64,000 bases of DNA from contig JBGQEL010000004.1 in the NCBI GenBank assembly GCA_041496385.1, positions 1 through 64,000 of the forward strand, given 5' to 3'. The notes under the pieces were generated by a model. It searched no databases, was not told where the DNA came from, and worked only from the letters and a program-made list of their open reading frames with translations. The position numbers and the translations under genes are program-made. The stretch comes from Candidatus Methylomirabilia bacterium (GTDB lineage Bacteria; Methylomirabilota; Methylomirabilia; Rokubacteriales; CSP1-6). Of this stretch, positions 1-8,941 are shown one piece after another; within the stretch, counting starts at the first letter, position 1; each line of letters begins with the position of its first letter.

Positions 1-1255
1 CTCGCGCTACGTGCCGGCCGGCGTCTACGGCGTGGACGACCTCGATCACCACGGCAACTGGCGCGTGGTACCGACGTACGGGGCCGTGTGGGTGCCGGAG
101 GCGGCGCCCACCGGCTGGGCCCCGTACAGCACCGGCAAGTGGATCCTGGATCCTTCCTATGGCTGGTCGTGGGTGGACACCGCACCCTGGGGTTGGGCGC
201 CCTACCACTACGGTCGCTGGGTCTTCGTGGACGGGTTCTGGGCGTGGGCGCCCGGGCCCATCGTTCGCCGGCCGGTCTACGCGCCCGCGCTCGTCGCCTT
301 CTTCGGCGGCCCCGGCGTCCGCGTGGGGATCGGCGTTCCCGCGGTCAGCTGGGTGGCGCTCGGCTGGGGCGAGCCGCTCGTCCCCTGGTGGGGTCGGCCG
401 ACCTTCGCCGGACGGCCGTGGTGGGGCGGCTGGGGCGGGCCGCGCCTCGTCAACAACGTCGTCGTGGACCGCGGCACCGTCGTCAACGTGAGCAACGTCA
501 CCGTCTGGAGAAACGCCACCGTGCAGAACGCGGTGGTCACCGTCAACCAGGAGCACTTCGGGCGGCGTCCCGTCCAGGACGCGCGAATCGGTCAGGTCGA
601 CGCGCGCCGGCTCGAGCCCGTGCGCGGGGCGCTCCGCGTGACTCCCGACGCCTCGAGCTTCGTCGGCGCGGCCGGCCGCGGCGCCCGGCCCCCCGAGTCC
701 ACCCTGGCGCGCCCGGTTGTCGCCACGAGGCCACCGGTCCGCCGGCCGATCGAGCCGCGCGACGAGACCAGGCGTGGGGCGCCGCCGGTCGTCAACGCGC
801 CGGCGCCGACGATCGTCGCGCCGGCCCGCGCCGCCGCCACTGCGCCCACGCCACAGCGGCCGCCCTTCGGAGCGAGCCCGCTCGAGCGCACGCGGCCCGT
901 GACGGCGCCACGCTTCGAGCCGCCACAGCGCCCCGAGCCCACGCCGCAGGCGTCGCGCGAGCGCGCGCCGGTCGGTCAGCCGGCGCCGGCGGCTGAGCAT
1001 CGCTCCCCGGTGCCAGCGACGCCCCCCGCAAGGAGCCCGGAGCCCGTGGCGCCGCAGGCGCCGGCCCAGCGGAGCGAGCCTCAGCGGCCGGCCGCGCGGC
1101 CACTCCCCGGCGAGCCGGCCAACCGTCTCTTCCCGGGCCGCGCAGAGACGCCGCCACGGCGCTCAGCGCTGCATCCCGCGCCGGCTCCGCAGGCGGCACC
1201 GGCTCAGCATGCGGCGCCTCACTCGGCGCCGGCCCGCGAGCGCCGGTCGCGCTGA
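1..1255 (+). CDS. DUF6600-like Trp/Gly-rich protein with long Pro-rich C-terminal tail (5'-truncated by window edge)
   Basis: Repeated W-x-P-Y / GWSWV / WGWAPYHYGRW motifs, then a low-complexity P/A/R tail; reading frame is open from the window start. Confidence 0.7.
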   Translation, partial: SRYVPAGVYGVDDLDHHGNWRVVPTYGAVWVPEAAPTGWAPYSTGKWILDPSYGWSWVDTAPWGWAPYHYGRWVFVDGFWAWAPGPIVRRPVYAPALVAFFGGPGVRVGIGVPAVSWVALGWGEPLVPWWGRPTFAGRPWWGGWGGPRLVNNVVVDRGTVVNVSNVTVWRNATVQNAVVTVNQEHFGRRPVQDARIGQVDARRLEPVRGALRVTPDASSFVGAAGRGARPPESTLARPVVATRPPVRRPIEPRDETRRGAPPVVNAPAPTIVAPARAAATAPTPQRPPFGASPLERTRPVTAPRFEPPQRPEPTPQASRERAPVGQPAPAAEHRSPVPATPPARSPEPVAPQAPAQRSEPQRPAARPLPGEPANRLFPGRAETPPRRSALHPAPAPQAAPAQHAAPHSAPARERRSR

Positions 1256-1258
1256 CCT

Positions 1259-2053
1259 TCAGCTTCGCGTGATCCGCGCGAGGCCGGGCAGGCGGCCGAG
1301 GAAGTTGCCGGTGACGCCGCCGTCGACGACCAGATCGTGGCCGTTGACGTAGCGCGCGTCCGCGCCGAGCAGGAAGGCGATGACGTCGGCCATGTCCTCG
1401 GGCGTGGCGACGCGCCCGAGCGGGACCAGCGCATCGCGCGCGGCGGCCACATGCGGGTCGGCGTACACCTGGGCGGTCATCCCCGTGCGCACCATCCCGG
1501 GCGACACCGCGTTCACGCGGATCCCGTCCCGACCGAGCTCCTGCGCCAGCACCTGGACCAGCATGATGACGGCCGCCTTGCTGGGCCCGTAGGCGCCGAG
1601 GTTGGCGTGCGGATGGCTGCCAGACATGGACCCGACGGCCACGATGGACCCGCGCGCGCTCCTGAGCGCGCCGTGCGCCGCCTTGGCCAGGAGCCACGTC
1701 GCGCGCGTGTTCACGGCGAAGACGCGGTCCCAGTCCGCGACCGCATACTCCACGAGCGGGCCCGGCCGGTTGATGCCCGCGTTGCTCACGAGACCGTCCA
1801 GCCCGCCGAAGCGCGCGACGGTTTCCCCCACGACGCGCGCGGGCGCGTCCGCGTCGCCCATGTCGCCATGCAGCGCGAAGGCGTCCGCGCCCAGTTTCCG
1901 CAGCTCCTCGACCACGCCCTCGAGCGCGGGCGGGGGACCGAGGTCCACGGCCGAAATCCTCGCCGCCTCACCCCGACCGCGCGAATCGCGCGCGAGCCGC
2001 AGACACGTCGCCCGCCCGATCCCGCTCGCCGCTCCGGTGACCAGCACCCGCAT
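1259..2053 (-). CDS. SDR family NAD(P)-dependent oxidoreductase
   Basis: TGAASGIG, NAG and YGPSK (YxxxK) motifs; ATG 2053 follows a GAGGAGG SD. Confidence 0.92.
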   Translation of the reverse strand: MRVLVTGAASGIGRATCLRLARDSRGRGEAARISAVDLGPPPALEGVVEELRKLGADAFALHGDMGDADAPARVVGETVARFGGLDGLVSNAGINRPGPLVEYAVADWDRVFAVNTRATWLLAKAAHGALRSARGSIVAVGSMSGSHPHANLGAYGPSKAAVIMLVQVLAQELGRDGIRVNAVSPGMVRTGMTAQVYADPHVAAARDALVPLGRVATPEDMADVIAFLLGADARYVNGHDLVVDGGVTGNFLGRLPGLARITRS

Positions 2054-2091
2054 AGCGCCCTCCTCGTGCCGGGAGTGTACCCGAGTCGCGT

Positions 2092-2622
2092 CTACGGAGG
2101 ACCGGCGGTCCAGTAGTTCCACTCGATCCGGTAGACGCGATCGTCCTTGAAGTAGAGCTCGACCGTGTCCGGATAGCCGTCGGAGTAGAGATAGAGGTAC
2201 CGCCCCGGCGTCAGCTCCTGGGGCTCGCCGAGCGTCTCCTCGACGTGCCGGCGCGCGGCGCCGACCTCCAGCCCGTGCGGCAGGCGGTAGCCGGGCGTCA
2301 TGATCTCCACGCGCCGGAGCGCGGCGGACCCCGACAGGCCGATCGCCGCGCCCGGATACGCGAGCTCGCTGATGGCGTCCATCTTTTCGGGCGCCAGGAG
2401 CCCCGGCACGGCCCGCGGGCGCTCGCCCAGCGGCGCGCCCAGCGCCCGCACGATCTGCGCGCGCGTCCGTCCGAAGAGCGCGCGCGGAGCGTCGATGAGA
2501 TCGTCCACGCGCGTGATGACGGTGGGCCCGATCGCCGCGGCGCGCCCGGCCGGGATCGCGAGCAGGATCGCCAGGAAGACCAGGCGCGTCGCGTGAGGTA
2601 GGATGCGGGCATGAATCCGCAT
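2092..2622 (-). CDS. Hypothetical secreted protein
   Basis: Signal-peptide-like N-terminus ([17 protein letters not shown]); two repeats of a 'LG.P' SmpA/BamE-like unit; start uncertain. Confidence 0.65.
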   Translation of the reverse strand: MRIHARILPHATRLVFLAILLAIPAGRAAAIGPTVITRVDDLIDAPRALFGRTRAQIVRALGAPLGERPRAVPGLLAPEKMDAISELAYPGAAIGLSGSAALRRVEIMTPGYRLPHGLEVGAARRHVEETLGEPQELTPGRYLYLYSDGYPDTVELYFKDDRVYRIEWNYWTAGPP

Positions 2623-4599
2623 GCGGCGCCCAATATACGCTCCGGGCTGGACGCGATCGTCGAATCCGATCAGGCGGTGTGGGAGATCCAGACCTCGGGC
2701 CCGGGGCCGGCCGGACGCCTGCCGCTGACCGCGGAGATGCTGCTCGAGCGGCCGAGCGGGGACATCTTCGGCCTCACCCAGAACGCGGGCATGGGCTGGA
2801 ACCCGAGCGAGCTCGGGCGGCCCCAGTTCCTGATGCTATCGACCCTGGGTGGAATGCGTGCGCCCGACGGTCGACCGATCGCGCTCGGCTACCACACGGG
2901 CCACTGGGAGATCGGGCTGCTCATGCAGGCGGCGGCCGAGGAGCTCGCCGCGCTCGGCTGCCTGCCGTTCGCCGCGTTCTGTTCCGATCCGTGCGACGGG
3001 CGGACGCAGGGGACGGTCGGCATGATGGACAGCCTCGCGTATCGCAACGACGCCGCGCAGGTCTTCCGGCGGCTGGCGCGCTCGCTGCCCACCCGCAAGG
3101 GCGTGCTCGGTGTCGCGACCTGCGACAAGGGTCTGCCCGCGATGATGATGGCGCTCGCGGCGCTGCGCGACCTGCCATGCGTGCTCGTCCCCGGTGGCGT
3201 GACGCTCCCGCCGTCGAACGGCGAGGACGCGGGGAAGATCCAGTCCATCGGCGCGCGCTTCGCCCACGGCGAGATCACCCTCGATCAGGCCGCGGACCTC
3301 GGCTGCCGCGCCTGCGGCTCGCCGGGCGGCGGCTGCCAGTTCCTCGGGACGGCGGCGACTTCGCAGGTCGTCGGCGAGGCGCTCGGCCTCACGCTGCCGC
3401 ATAGCGCGCTGGCTCCCTCCGGCCAGCCGATCTGGACCGACATGGCGCGCCGCTCCGCCCGGGCGCTCGTGAGCCTCCAGGCGCGAGGGATCGCCACGCG
3501 CGAGATCCTGACGGACGCCGCGGTGCGGAACGCGATGGTCGTGCACGCGGCGTGTGGCGGCTCGACGAATTTGCTCCTCCATCTGCCCGCGATCGCGCAC
3601 GCGGCCGGTCTCCGGCGTCCCACGGTGGACGACTGGAGCGCGGTGAACCGGCGCGTGCCGCGGATCGTGGACGTCCTGCCGAACGGCCCGGTGGGCCACC
3701 CGACGGTGCGCGTCTTCCTCGCCGGCGGCGTGCCCGAGATCATGCTGCACCTCAGGCGCCTCGGCCTGCTCGACGAGAGCTGCCTGACCGTCGCCGGCGA
3801 GCCGCTCGGCCGCCTGCTCGACTGGTGGGAGGGCTCGGCGCGACGGCGGGCGCTGCGCGAGCGCCTCCGCCGCGACGGCGTGGACCCGGACGAGGTCATC
3901 ATGGATCCTGAGCGCGCGCGGGCGCGCGGTCTCACGAGCACGGTGACGTTCCCGCGCGGGAACCTGGCCCCGGAGGGCTCGGTGATCAAGAGCACGGCGA
4001 TCGACCCCTCGGTCGTCGACGCCGACGGTGTCTATCGCAAGGTCGGGCCCGCGCGCGTGTTCGTCCGCGAGCGGGCCGCGATCGCGGCGATCAAGAGTCA
4101 GCAGGCCGACCGCATCAAGCCGGGCGACGTGCTCGTGCTCGCCTGCCGCGGGCCGCTGGGCGCGGGGATGGAGGAGATCTACCAGATCACGGCCGCGCTC
4201 AAGCACCTCTCGTTCGGCAAGCAGGTCGCCGTCATCACCGATGCGCGCTTCTCCGGGGTCTCGACGGGCGCCTGCATCGGCCACGTCGGTCCCGAGGCGC
4301 TCGCCGGCGGCCCCATCGGCAAGCTGCTGGACGGCGATCTCGTCCAGATCGTGATCGACCGGAACCGGCTCGAGGGAAGCGTGGACCTGGTCGGTCACGG
4401 CGAGGCGCGCTTCGGCCCGGAGGAGGGTGCGCGCGTGCTGGCCGGACGGGGCCCGCGCCCGGACCTCGGACCCGACCCCGAGCTGCCGGAGGACACACGC
4501 CTCTGGGCGGTGCTCCAGCAGGTGAGCGGCGGCACCTGGGGCGGCTGCGTCTACGACGTGGACGCCATCGTCGGCGCCCTGGGGCGCGCACGCGCGTGA
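2611..4599 (+). CDS. YjhG/YagF family D-xylonate (sugar-acid) dehydratase, IlvD/Edd superfamily
   Basis: [37 protein letters not shown] and C-terminal [10 protein letters not shown] motifs. Confidence 0.9.
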   Translation: MNPHAAPNIRSGLDAIVESDQAVWEIQTSGPGPAGRLPLTAEMLLERPSGDIFGLTQNAGMGWNPSELGRPQFLMLSTLGGMRAPDGRPIALGYHTGHWEIGLLMQAAAEELAALGCLPFAAFCSDPCDGRTQGTVGMMDSLAYRNDAAQVFRRLARSLPTRKGVLGVATCDKGLPAMMMALAALRDLPCVLVPGGVTLPPSNGEDAGKIQSIGARFAHGEITLDQAADLGCRACGSPGGGCQFLGTAATSQVVGEALGLTLPHSALAPSGQPIWTDMARRSARALVSLQARGIATREILTDAAVRNAMVVHAACGGSTNLLLHLPAIAHAAGLRRPTVDDWSAVNRRVPRIVDVLPNGPVGHPTVRVFLAGGVPEIMLHLRRLGLLDESCLTVAGEPLGRLLDWWEGSARRRALRERLRRDGVDPDEVIMDPERARARGLTSTVTFPRGNLAPEGSVIKSTAIDPSVVDADGVYRKVGPARVFVRERAAIAAIKSQQADRIKPGDVLVLACRGPLGAGMEEIYQITAALKHLSFGKQVAVITDARFSGVSTGACIGHVGPEALAGGPIGKLLDGDLVQIVIDRNRLEGSVDLVGHGEARFGPEEGARVLAGRGPRPDLGPDPELPEDTRLWAVLQQVSGGTWGGCVYDVDAIVGALGRARA

Positions 4600-4624
4600 G
4601 CCGCGTCCGCCCGCGCAAGCCGGA

Positions 4625-5224
4625 GTGCCGGCCCTGAAGCGCCGCTGCGCGTGGGCGGGCGACGACCCGGCCATGATCCGCTACCACGATCGCGAGTGGG
4701 GCGCCCCGCGTCACGACGACCGGGGTCTCTTCGAATTTCTCATCCTCGAGGGCGCGCAGGCCGGCCTCAGCTGGTCGACGATCCTGAACAAGCGCGCGGC
4801 CTACCGGCGTGCCTTCGCGCGCTTCGACGCGCGGCGCATCGCACGCTACGGCCCCCGCGAGGTGCGGCGGCTCCTGGGCGATGCGGGCATCGTTCGCAAC
4901 CGGGCGAAGGTCCGCGCCGCGATCGCGAACGCGCGGGCGTTCCTCGAGGTGCGGCGAGGCCACGGGACCTTCGACGCCTACCTCTGGCGATTCGTCGGCG
5001 GCGCCCCGCTGCAGAATGCCTGGCTGTCGCCGCGCCAGGTGCCCGACGAGACGGAGACGGCGCGCGCGCTCAGCCGCGACCTCAAGGCGCGCGGCTTCGG
5101 CTTCGTCGGCCCCACGATCTGCTACGCTTTCATGCAAGCCGTGGGCATGGTCAACGACCACACGACCGGCTGTTTTCGCCGGCGGGAGGTCGCGCGGCTC
5201 GCCCACAAGGAGAGGCGGAGATGA
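4625..5224 (+). CDS. tag: DNA-3-methyladenine glycosylase I
   Basis: RCAW...YHDREWG, LEGAQAGLSW, GIVRNR and GMVNDH...C motifs. Confidence 0.93.
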   Translation: MPALKRRCAWAGDDPAMIRYHDREWGAPRHDDRGLFEFLILEGAQAGLSWSTILNKRAAYRRAFARFDARRIARYGPREVRRLLGDAGIVRNRAKVRAAIANARAFLEVRRGHGTFDAYLWRFVGGAPLQNAWLSPRQVPDETETARALSRDLKARGFGFVGPTICYAFMQAVGMVNDHTTGCFRRREVARLAHKERRR

Positions 5225-5532
5225 GTTCAAGCACGCGCGTCAGGGTCGCGGGCACGAGCGAGCTCGGCCCGGGCGAGGGACGGGTCGTCGAGGCGGAGGG
5301 CAAGACCGTTGCGATCTTCAACGTGGACGGCACGTTCTACGCCATCGACAACACGTGCGCCCATCGCGGCGGCCCGCTCGGGGAAGGGGACCTCGAGGGC
5401 ACCGTCGTCAGCTGCCCCTGGCACGCGTGGCGCTGGGATGTCACGACGGGCGCCAACGTGAACAACCCGGCCGTACGCGTCGCGTGCTTCCCGGTGGTCG
5501 TCGAGAATGGCTCGGTGTTCGTCCAGTTTTAG
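5221..5532 (+). CDS. Rieske [2Fe-2S] ferredoxin (NirD/dioxygenase-ferredoxin-like)
   Basis: CAHRGGPL and CPWH Rieske ligands; ATG 5221 overlaps the tag stop (ATGA). Confidence 0.9.
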   Translation: MSSSTRVRVAGTSELGPGEGRVVEAEGKTVAIFNVDGTFYAIDNTCAHRGGPLGEGDLEGTVVSCPWHAWRWDVTTGANVNNPAVRVACFPVVVENGSVFVQF

Positions 5533-5616
5533 CGGAACCGGACGGGACGCCGTAGGGTTACAATGCCGACTACGTTTCGGTTGCTCCATCCGTGCTCGAT
5601 CGAGGGAGGTGAGTCC

Positions 5617-5859
5617 ATGCGTCGTTTTACCCAGGTGTTCGCGCTTGTCGTCGCGCTGGTGTTCGTGCTCGCCGGGCCGGCGCTGGCCTTCCAGTGCCCG
5701 AAGCTCGCGGCGGAGATCAACACCAAGGTCGCCCAGCGCTACGATCCCACCGCCTCCGACGCCAAGGTGCAGGTCGAGAAGGCCATGCAGCTCCACAAGG
5801 ACGGCAAGCACGCCGACTCCGAGAAGCTGGCGAAGGAAATCCTCGAAAAGCTGAAGTAG
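5617..5859 (+). CDS. Small secreted protein (FQCP...LHKDGKHADS family), paralog of 58360..58614
   Basis: GGAGGTGA SD; signal peptide ending ALA; followed by an intrinsic terminator. Confidence 0.85.
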   Translation: MRRFTQVFALVVALVFVLAGPALAFQCPKLAAEINTKVAQRYDPTASDAKVQVEKAMQLHKDGKHADSEKLAKEILEKLK

Positions 5860-5873
5860 CTCGTTTCCCTCGA

Positions 5874-5906
5874 GCGGCGCCCGGCACCCCGGGCGCCGCG
5901 TTTCTT
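5874..5906 (+). terminator. Rho-independent terminator
   Basis: GCGGCGCCCGG-cacc-CCGGGCGCCGC 11-bp stem followed by GTTTCTT. Confidence 0.7.
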
Positions 5907-5934
5907 GACACTCGCCCCGCCCACTGCCTAGCAT
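5905..5934 (+). promoter_or_regulatory. Putative sigma70 promoter for Zn-ribbon/bactofilin/TPR operon
   Basis: TTGACA (5905-5910), 18-nt spacer, TAGCAT (5929-5934). Confidence 0.5.
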
Positions 5935-6136
5935 GCTTGTCGTGGAGGCCGTGTTCTCCGTGCCACCGCTGGTGGTCGGCGTCACGATCGCGGCGGTGGC
6001 CCTCGGCCTCCTGTGGGGGGCGCGGCTCTATCAACGCTGCCCCCACTGTGGGCACGTCGTGCGCCGCGTCTCGCAGGGCTGGCGACGCTGCAGCTCATGC
6101 GGTCGTCAGTACCGGAAGGGGCTTCGGCTTCGATGA
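5933..6136 (+). CDS. Small membrane-anchored zinc-ribbon protein
   Basis: N-terminal TM helix then CPHC...CSSC; stop overlaps the next ATG; true start may be GTG 5942 or 5951. Confidence 0.65.
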   Translation: MLVVEAVFSVPPLVVGVTIAAVALGLLWGARLYQRCPHCGHVVRRVSQGWRRCSSCGRQYRKGLRLR

Positions 6137-6549
6137 GAGCGCTGTTCCGCTTCCTCGGCCTCGGTGAGACGGGTGCGTCCGTCGAGCGCGCGTTCGCAGC
6201 GACCTCCGAGTCCAAGACCACGCTCGGCCCGGGCGTGACGGTCAAGGGAGAGCTCCACGGGGACGGCACGCTCACGATCCAGGGGCAGTTCGAGGGGGAT
6301 ATCGTGCTCAACGGGGCGCTCCACGTCGGCCCCGAGGCGCGCGTGGACGCGAACATCAGCGCGACGACGATCGTGATCGCGGGGGTCGTCCGCGGCAATC
6401 TCTCGGCCGACACGCGCGTGGAGATCCTGCCCAGCGGGTCGCTCACGGGCACCGTCAGGAGCGGCAGCTTCGCGGCCGCCGACGGCGCGAGCGTCAAGGG
6501 TGAGCTCTGGATCGAGCGGCCGGCCGCGGCGCCGGAGCGACCCGCGTGA
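6133..6549 (+). CDS. Bactofilin (polymer-forming cytoskeletal protein)
   Basis: TTLGPGVTVKGEL...LTIQGQFEGDI...IAGVVRGNL...GASVKG beta-helix repeats. Confidence 0.88.
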   Translation: MRALFRFLGLGETGASVERAFAATSESKTTLGPGVTVKGELHGDGTLTIQGQFEGDIVLNGALHVGPEARVDANISATTIVIAGVVRGNLSADTRVEILPSGSLTGTVRSGSFAAADGASVKGELWIERPAAAPERPA

Positions 6550-7169
6550 TCGCCGTGCCCGGCCGGACGCTCGCGGCCCTCGGCGCCGGCGCCCTCGTCC
6601 TCGTGCTCCTGGTCGGCCTCGGCTGGTTCTGGTACAGCACCGAGCAGCGCCGCGCCCTCGAAGCCTACGCGACCGCCGCGAGTCGGGTGCGCGCCGCCCA
6701 GGCGTCTCAAGCCAAGCCCGAGGACCGGGCCGCGGCCGTGCGCGAGCTGGAGACGGCCCTCACGCGCTTTTCCTCGTCCGGCGCGGCGGCCCCAGCCGCC
6801 TACCAGCTGGCCAGCCTGCGCTACGACGCGGGCGACTACGCGGCCGCGCGCGCCGCCTATGAGATCGTGCTCGCGCGCGGCGCCCGCAACACCCTGCGGA
6901 CCCTGGCGCAGTCGGGCGTCGGGTACACCTGGGAGGCCCAGGGCGACTATGCGAAGGCGATCGACGCCTACCGCGGGGCGCTGGGCAGCCTCGGGCCCAA
7001 GGACTTCTACTACGAGTCACTCCTGGTCGACCTCGGCAGAAGCCAGGAGCTTGCAGGAAAGAAAGCCGAGGCTGTCGAGACTTACCGGAGATTCCTTAAA
7101 GAGCTTCCTCAGGCGCGACGCGCGGACGACGTCCGTGCGCGCCTGCTATCGCTGGGCGCCAGCAGCTAG
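6546..7169 (+). CDS. Membrane-anchored TPR protein (YfgM-like)
   Basis: Single N-terminal TM segment followed by TPR-like helices (GDYAAARAAYE, GDYAKAIDAY). Confidence 0.8.
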   Translation: MIAVPGRTLAALGAGALVLVLLVGLGWFWYSTEQRRALEAYATAASRVRAAQASQAKPEDRAAAVRELETALTRFSSSGAAAPAAYQLASLRYDAGDYAAARAAYEIVLARGARNTLRTLAQSGVGYTWEAQGDYAKAIDAYRGALGSLGPKDFYYESLLVDLGRSQELAGKKAEAVETYRRFLKELPQARRADDVRARLLSLGASS

Positions 7170-7212
7170 CGGTCCATGGGCCGCGGCAACGGAAAGCGAG
7201 TGTGAGGCGAAG

Positions 7213-7497
7213 GTGATCACCAAGCGAACGGCCCTGGGCGTCCTCGACAAGAGGCCTGGGTACTGGTTCTGCATTCGATGCTGGGCACTGGCGCTCACGG
7301 CCGGCGAGGACAGCTATGCCGATCTGCGGGACGTGGTCCGCAACCTGTCCACCGCACGGGCCAGTCTCTACGAGACCATCCACAACGAGCCGGGACACAT
7401 CCTGTGCAACCTCGAGGGGCCCGACTGTGAGAAGCAGCTGACCGGCGCGCGACGCTACAGCGGCTGGCGTTGGAGCGTGCGGCGGAGGCCGAAGTAG
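7213..7497 (+). CDS. Orphan Cys-containing hypothetical protein next to dif
   Basis: GTG after GAGG; 94 aa with CIRC and C-x6-C; no family recognised. Confidence 0.5.
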   Translation: MITKRTALGVLDKRPGYWFCIRCWALALTAGEDSYADLRDVVRNLSTARASLYETIHNEPGHILCNLEGPDCEKQLTGARRYSGWRWSVRRRPK

Positions 7498-7513
7498 CAC
7501 GTCCGTGTCGGCA

Positions 7514-7541
7514 ACTTCCGATAAGAGGTATTATGTCATGT
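7514..7541 (+). other. dif: dif-like XerC/XerD recombination site
   Basis: ACTTCCGATAA-GAGGTA-TTATGTCATGT: 11-6-11 layout with ATAA/TTAT inner palindrome and TTATGT XerD arm; intergenic; lies at the switch in gene orientation. Confidence 0.8.
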
Positions 7542-7555
7542 AGATCGGCACGCGC

Positions 7556-8029
7556 TCAGGAGCGGCGCAGCGCGGCGATCAGGTCCAGCACGCGCAGGAG
7601 CTCGCTCCCCTCCCGCACCATGTCGCGGTCACCGGCCTGGCCCCAGCGCAGCATGCCCTCCCGGTCCACGATGAAGCTCGATCGGTAGGCGACGTTGCGG
7701 TCCTCGTCGAGGACCTCGTAGGCGCGCATCACCCGGCGGTGGACGTCGCTCAGAAGCGGGAACGGCAACGCGTGCGCCTTGGCAAAGGCCGCGTGGCAGA
7801 ACGGGCTGTCGCCGCTGATCGCGAGCAGGACCGCCCCCCGCGCGCGCAGGCGATCAGCGACCTGGACCAGGCCGCCCAGCTCGGGAGTTCAGATGCGTCC
7901 CCAGTCGTAGCAATAGAACGCCAGGACGACGTCAGCCTGCCCGCGGAACGACGCGAGGGCGATGTCGCCTGCCCCGGCGCTGGCCGGGAGGGTGAAGTCG
8001 GGAGCCGGGGCGCCGTAGCGGAGGGGCAC
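7556..8029 (-). CDS. Selenocysteine-containing peroxiredoxin (AhpE/BCP-like, AhpC-TSA fold)
   Basis: GAPAPDFTL...VVLAFYCYDWGRI[UGA]TPEL...AISGDSPFCH...FPLLSD...AYRSSFIVD; TGA at 7891-7889 is codon 47, the peroxidatic-Cys position; the frame continues with Prx motifs. Confidence 0.85.
7856..7876 (-). promoter_or_regulatory. Bacterial SECIS-like hairpin
   Basis: GGCGGCCUG-GUC-CAGGUCGCU: 9-bp stem with apical loop starting GU, beginning 12 nt after the UGA. Confidence 0.65.
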
Positions 8030-8090
8030 GGGGGCGATTATGCCCCACGCGCGTTGACACCGCCGGCCCAGTCGTAGCCGGCGCGGTCGT

Positions 8091-8912
8091 CTAGCCCGGA
8101 ATCTGGGCTTCCTCGGGGAGCTCGGACCACCGGGGCCGCCAGTCGGGAAGGTGCAGGCCGAACTTCTCGCAGAGGTCCTTCACCTCGGCGGCAAATGCCT
8201 GGCGGACCTCGTCGTTGTCACGAACCTTGAGCTTGTAGGTCCTGTAGACGTGATTCTTCGGCGACCCGGGGCGCCCGAAGATGTTCATCGTCCGCGTGTA
8301 CCACTTGGCGAAGGTCGCCTGGGCCTCGTCGTGGGAGGCCGGATCCTCGGCGAGCTTCTTGACCCAGTACTCGCCGTGACGGATGTGAAACTTCTCTTCC
8401 TTGAAGATCCCGTCGATCGCGCGCACCCAGGGGCCGTAGGAACAGCCGCGGACGTCCTCGAGCTGGTGGCCGGCGCCCCGGTCCATGCAGAAGTTGAAGA
8501 AGATGAAGTCCGTCCACGTGTCGATCGGGTAATAGAAGATGTTCACGCGCTTGTCGCTCGTGATCCGCGCCGTCCCGATGTCCGCGTCCGACCCGATCCG
8601 CATCGTGAAGATCTCGTCGTGCTTGCGGACGTGCGTCTCGACGTCGAAGCCGAGGTCGGCGAGCAGGCCGTACATGACCGCCGCGTGACGCAGCTCGTCC
8701 TTCACGATCTGCGCGACGACGTGCTTCTCCTCCACCGTCGGCGCCTTCGTGATCCACGGCACGTAGCCGTAGCCGCCCGCCAGCTCGGAGTCCGCCTGCA
8801 TCGTCAGCAGGTGCACCAGGTTCTCCCGGTAGTCCGGGGTCATCTCGTGAGCGGACTCGAGCCGCGCGCCGCCGTCGATCCTGGCCATCATCTCCGTGTG
8901 CAGATCGCTCAT
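8091..8912 (-). CDS. PaaA-like ferritin-fold di-iron protein (phenylacetyl-CoA epoxidase catalytic-type subunit)
   Basis: QADSELAG, WITKAPT, KDELRH, MDRGA, SYGPW, KEEKFH, FGRP; ATG after GGAGGAGG. Confidence 0.8.
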   Translation of the reverse strand: MSDLHTEMMARIDGGARLESAHEMTPDYRENLVHLLTMQADSELAGGYGYVPWITKAPTVEEKHVVAQIVKDELRHAAVMYGLLADLGFDVETHVRKHDEIFTMRIGSDADIGTARITSDKRVNIFYYPIDTWTDFIFFNFCMDRGAGHQLEDVRGCSYGPWVRAIDGIFKEEKFHIRHGEYWVKKLAEDPASHDEAQATFAKWYTRTMNIFGRPGSPKNHVYRTYKLKVRDNDEVRQAFAAEVKDLCEKFGLHLPDWRPRWSELPEEAQIPG

Positions 8913-8941
8913 GCGCCGCCTCCTCCGGGCTCCAGCATACC

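Noticed and set aside
7889..7891. TGA as a nonsense mutation (pseudogene) or genetic code 4/25
   Set aside because: It falls exactly on the catalytic Cys column with a SECIS-like hairpin, and TGA is a normal stop in many other genes here.
7739..8077. 112-aa plus-strand ORF
   Set aside because: Antisense shadow of the Sec-peroxiredoxin, which carries all the family motifs.
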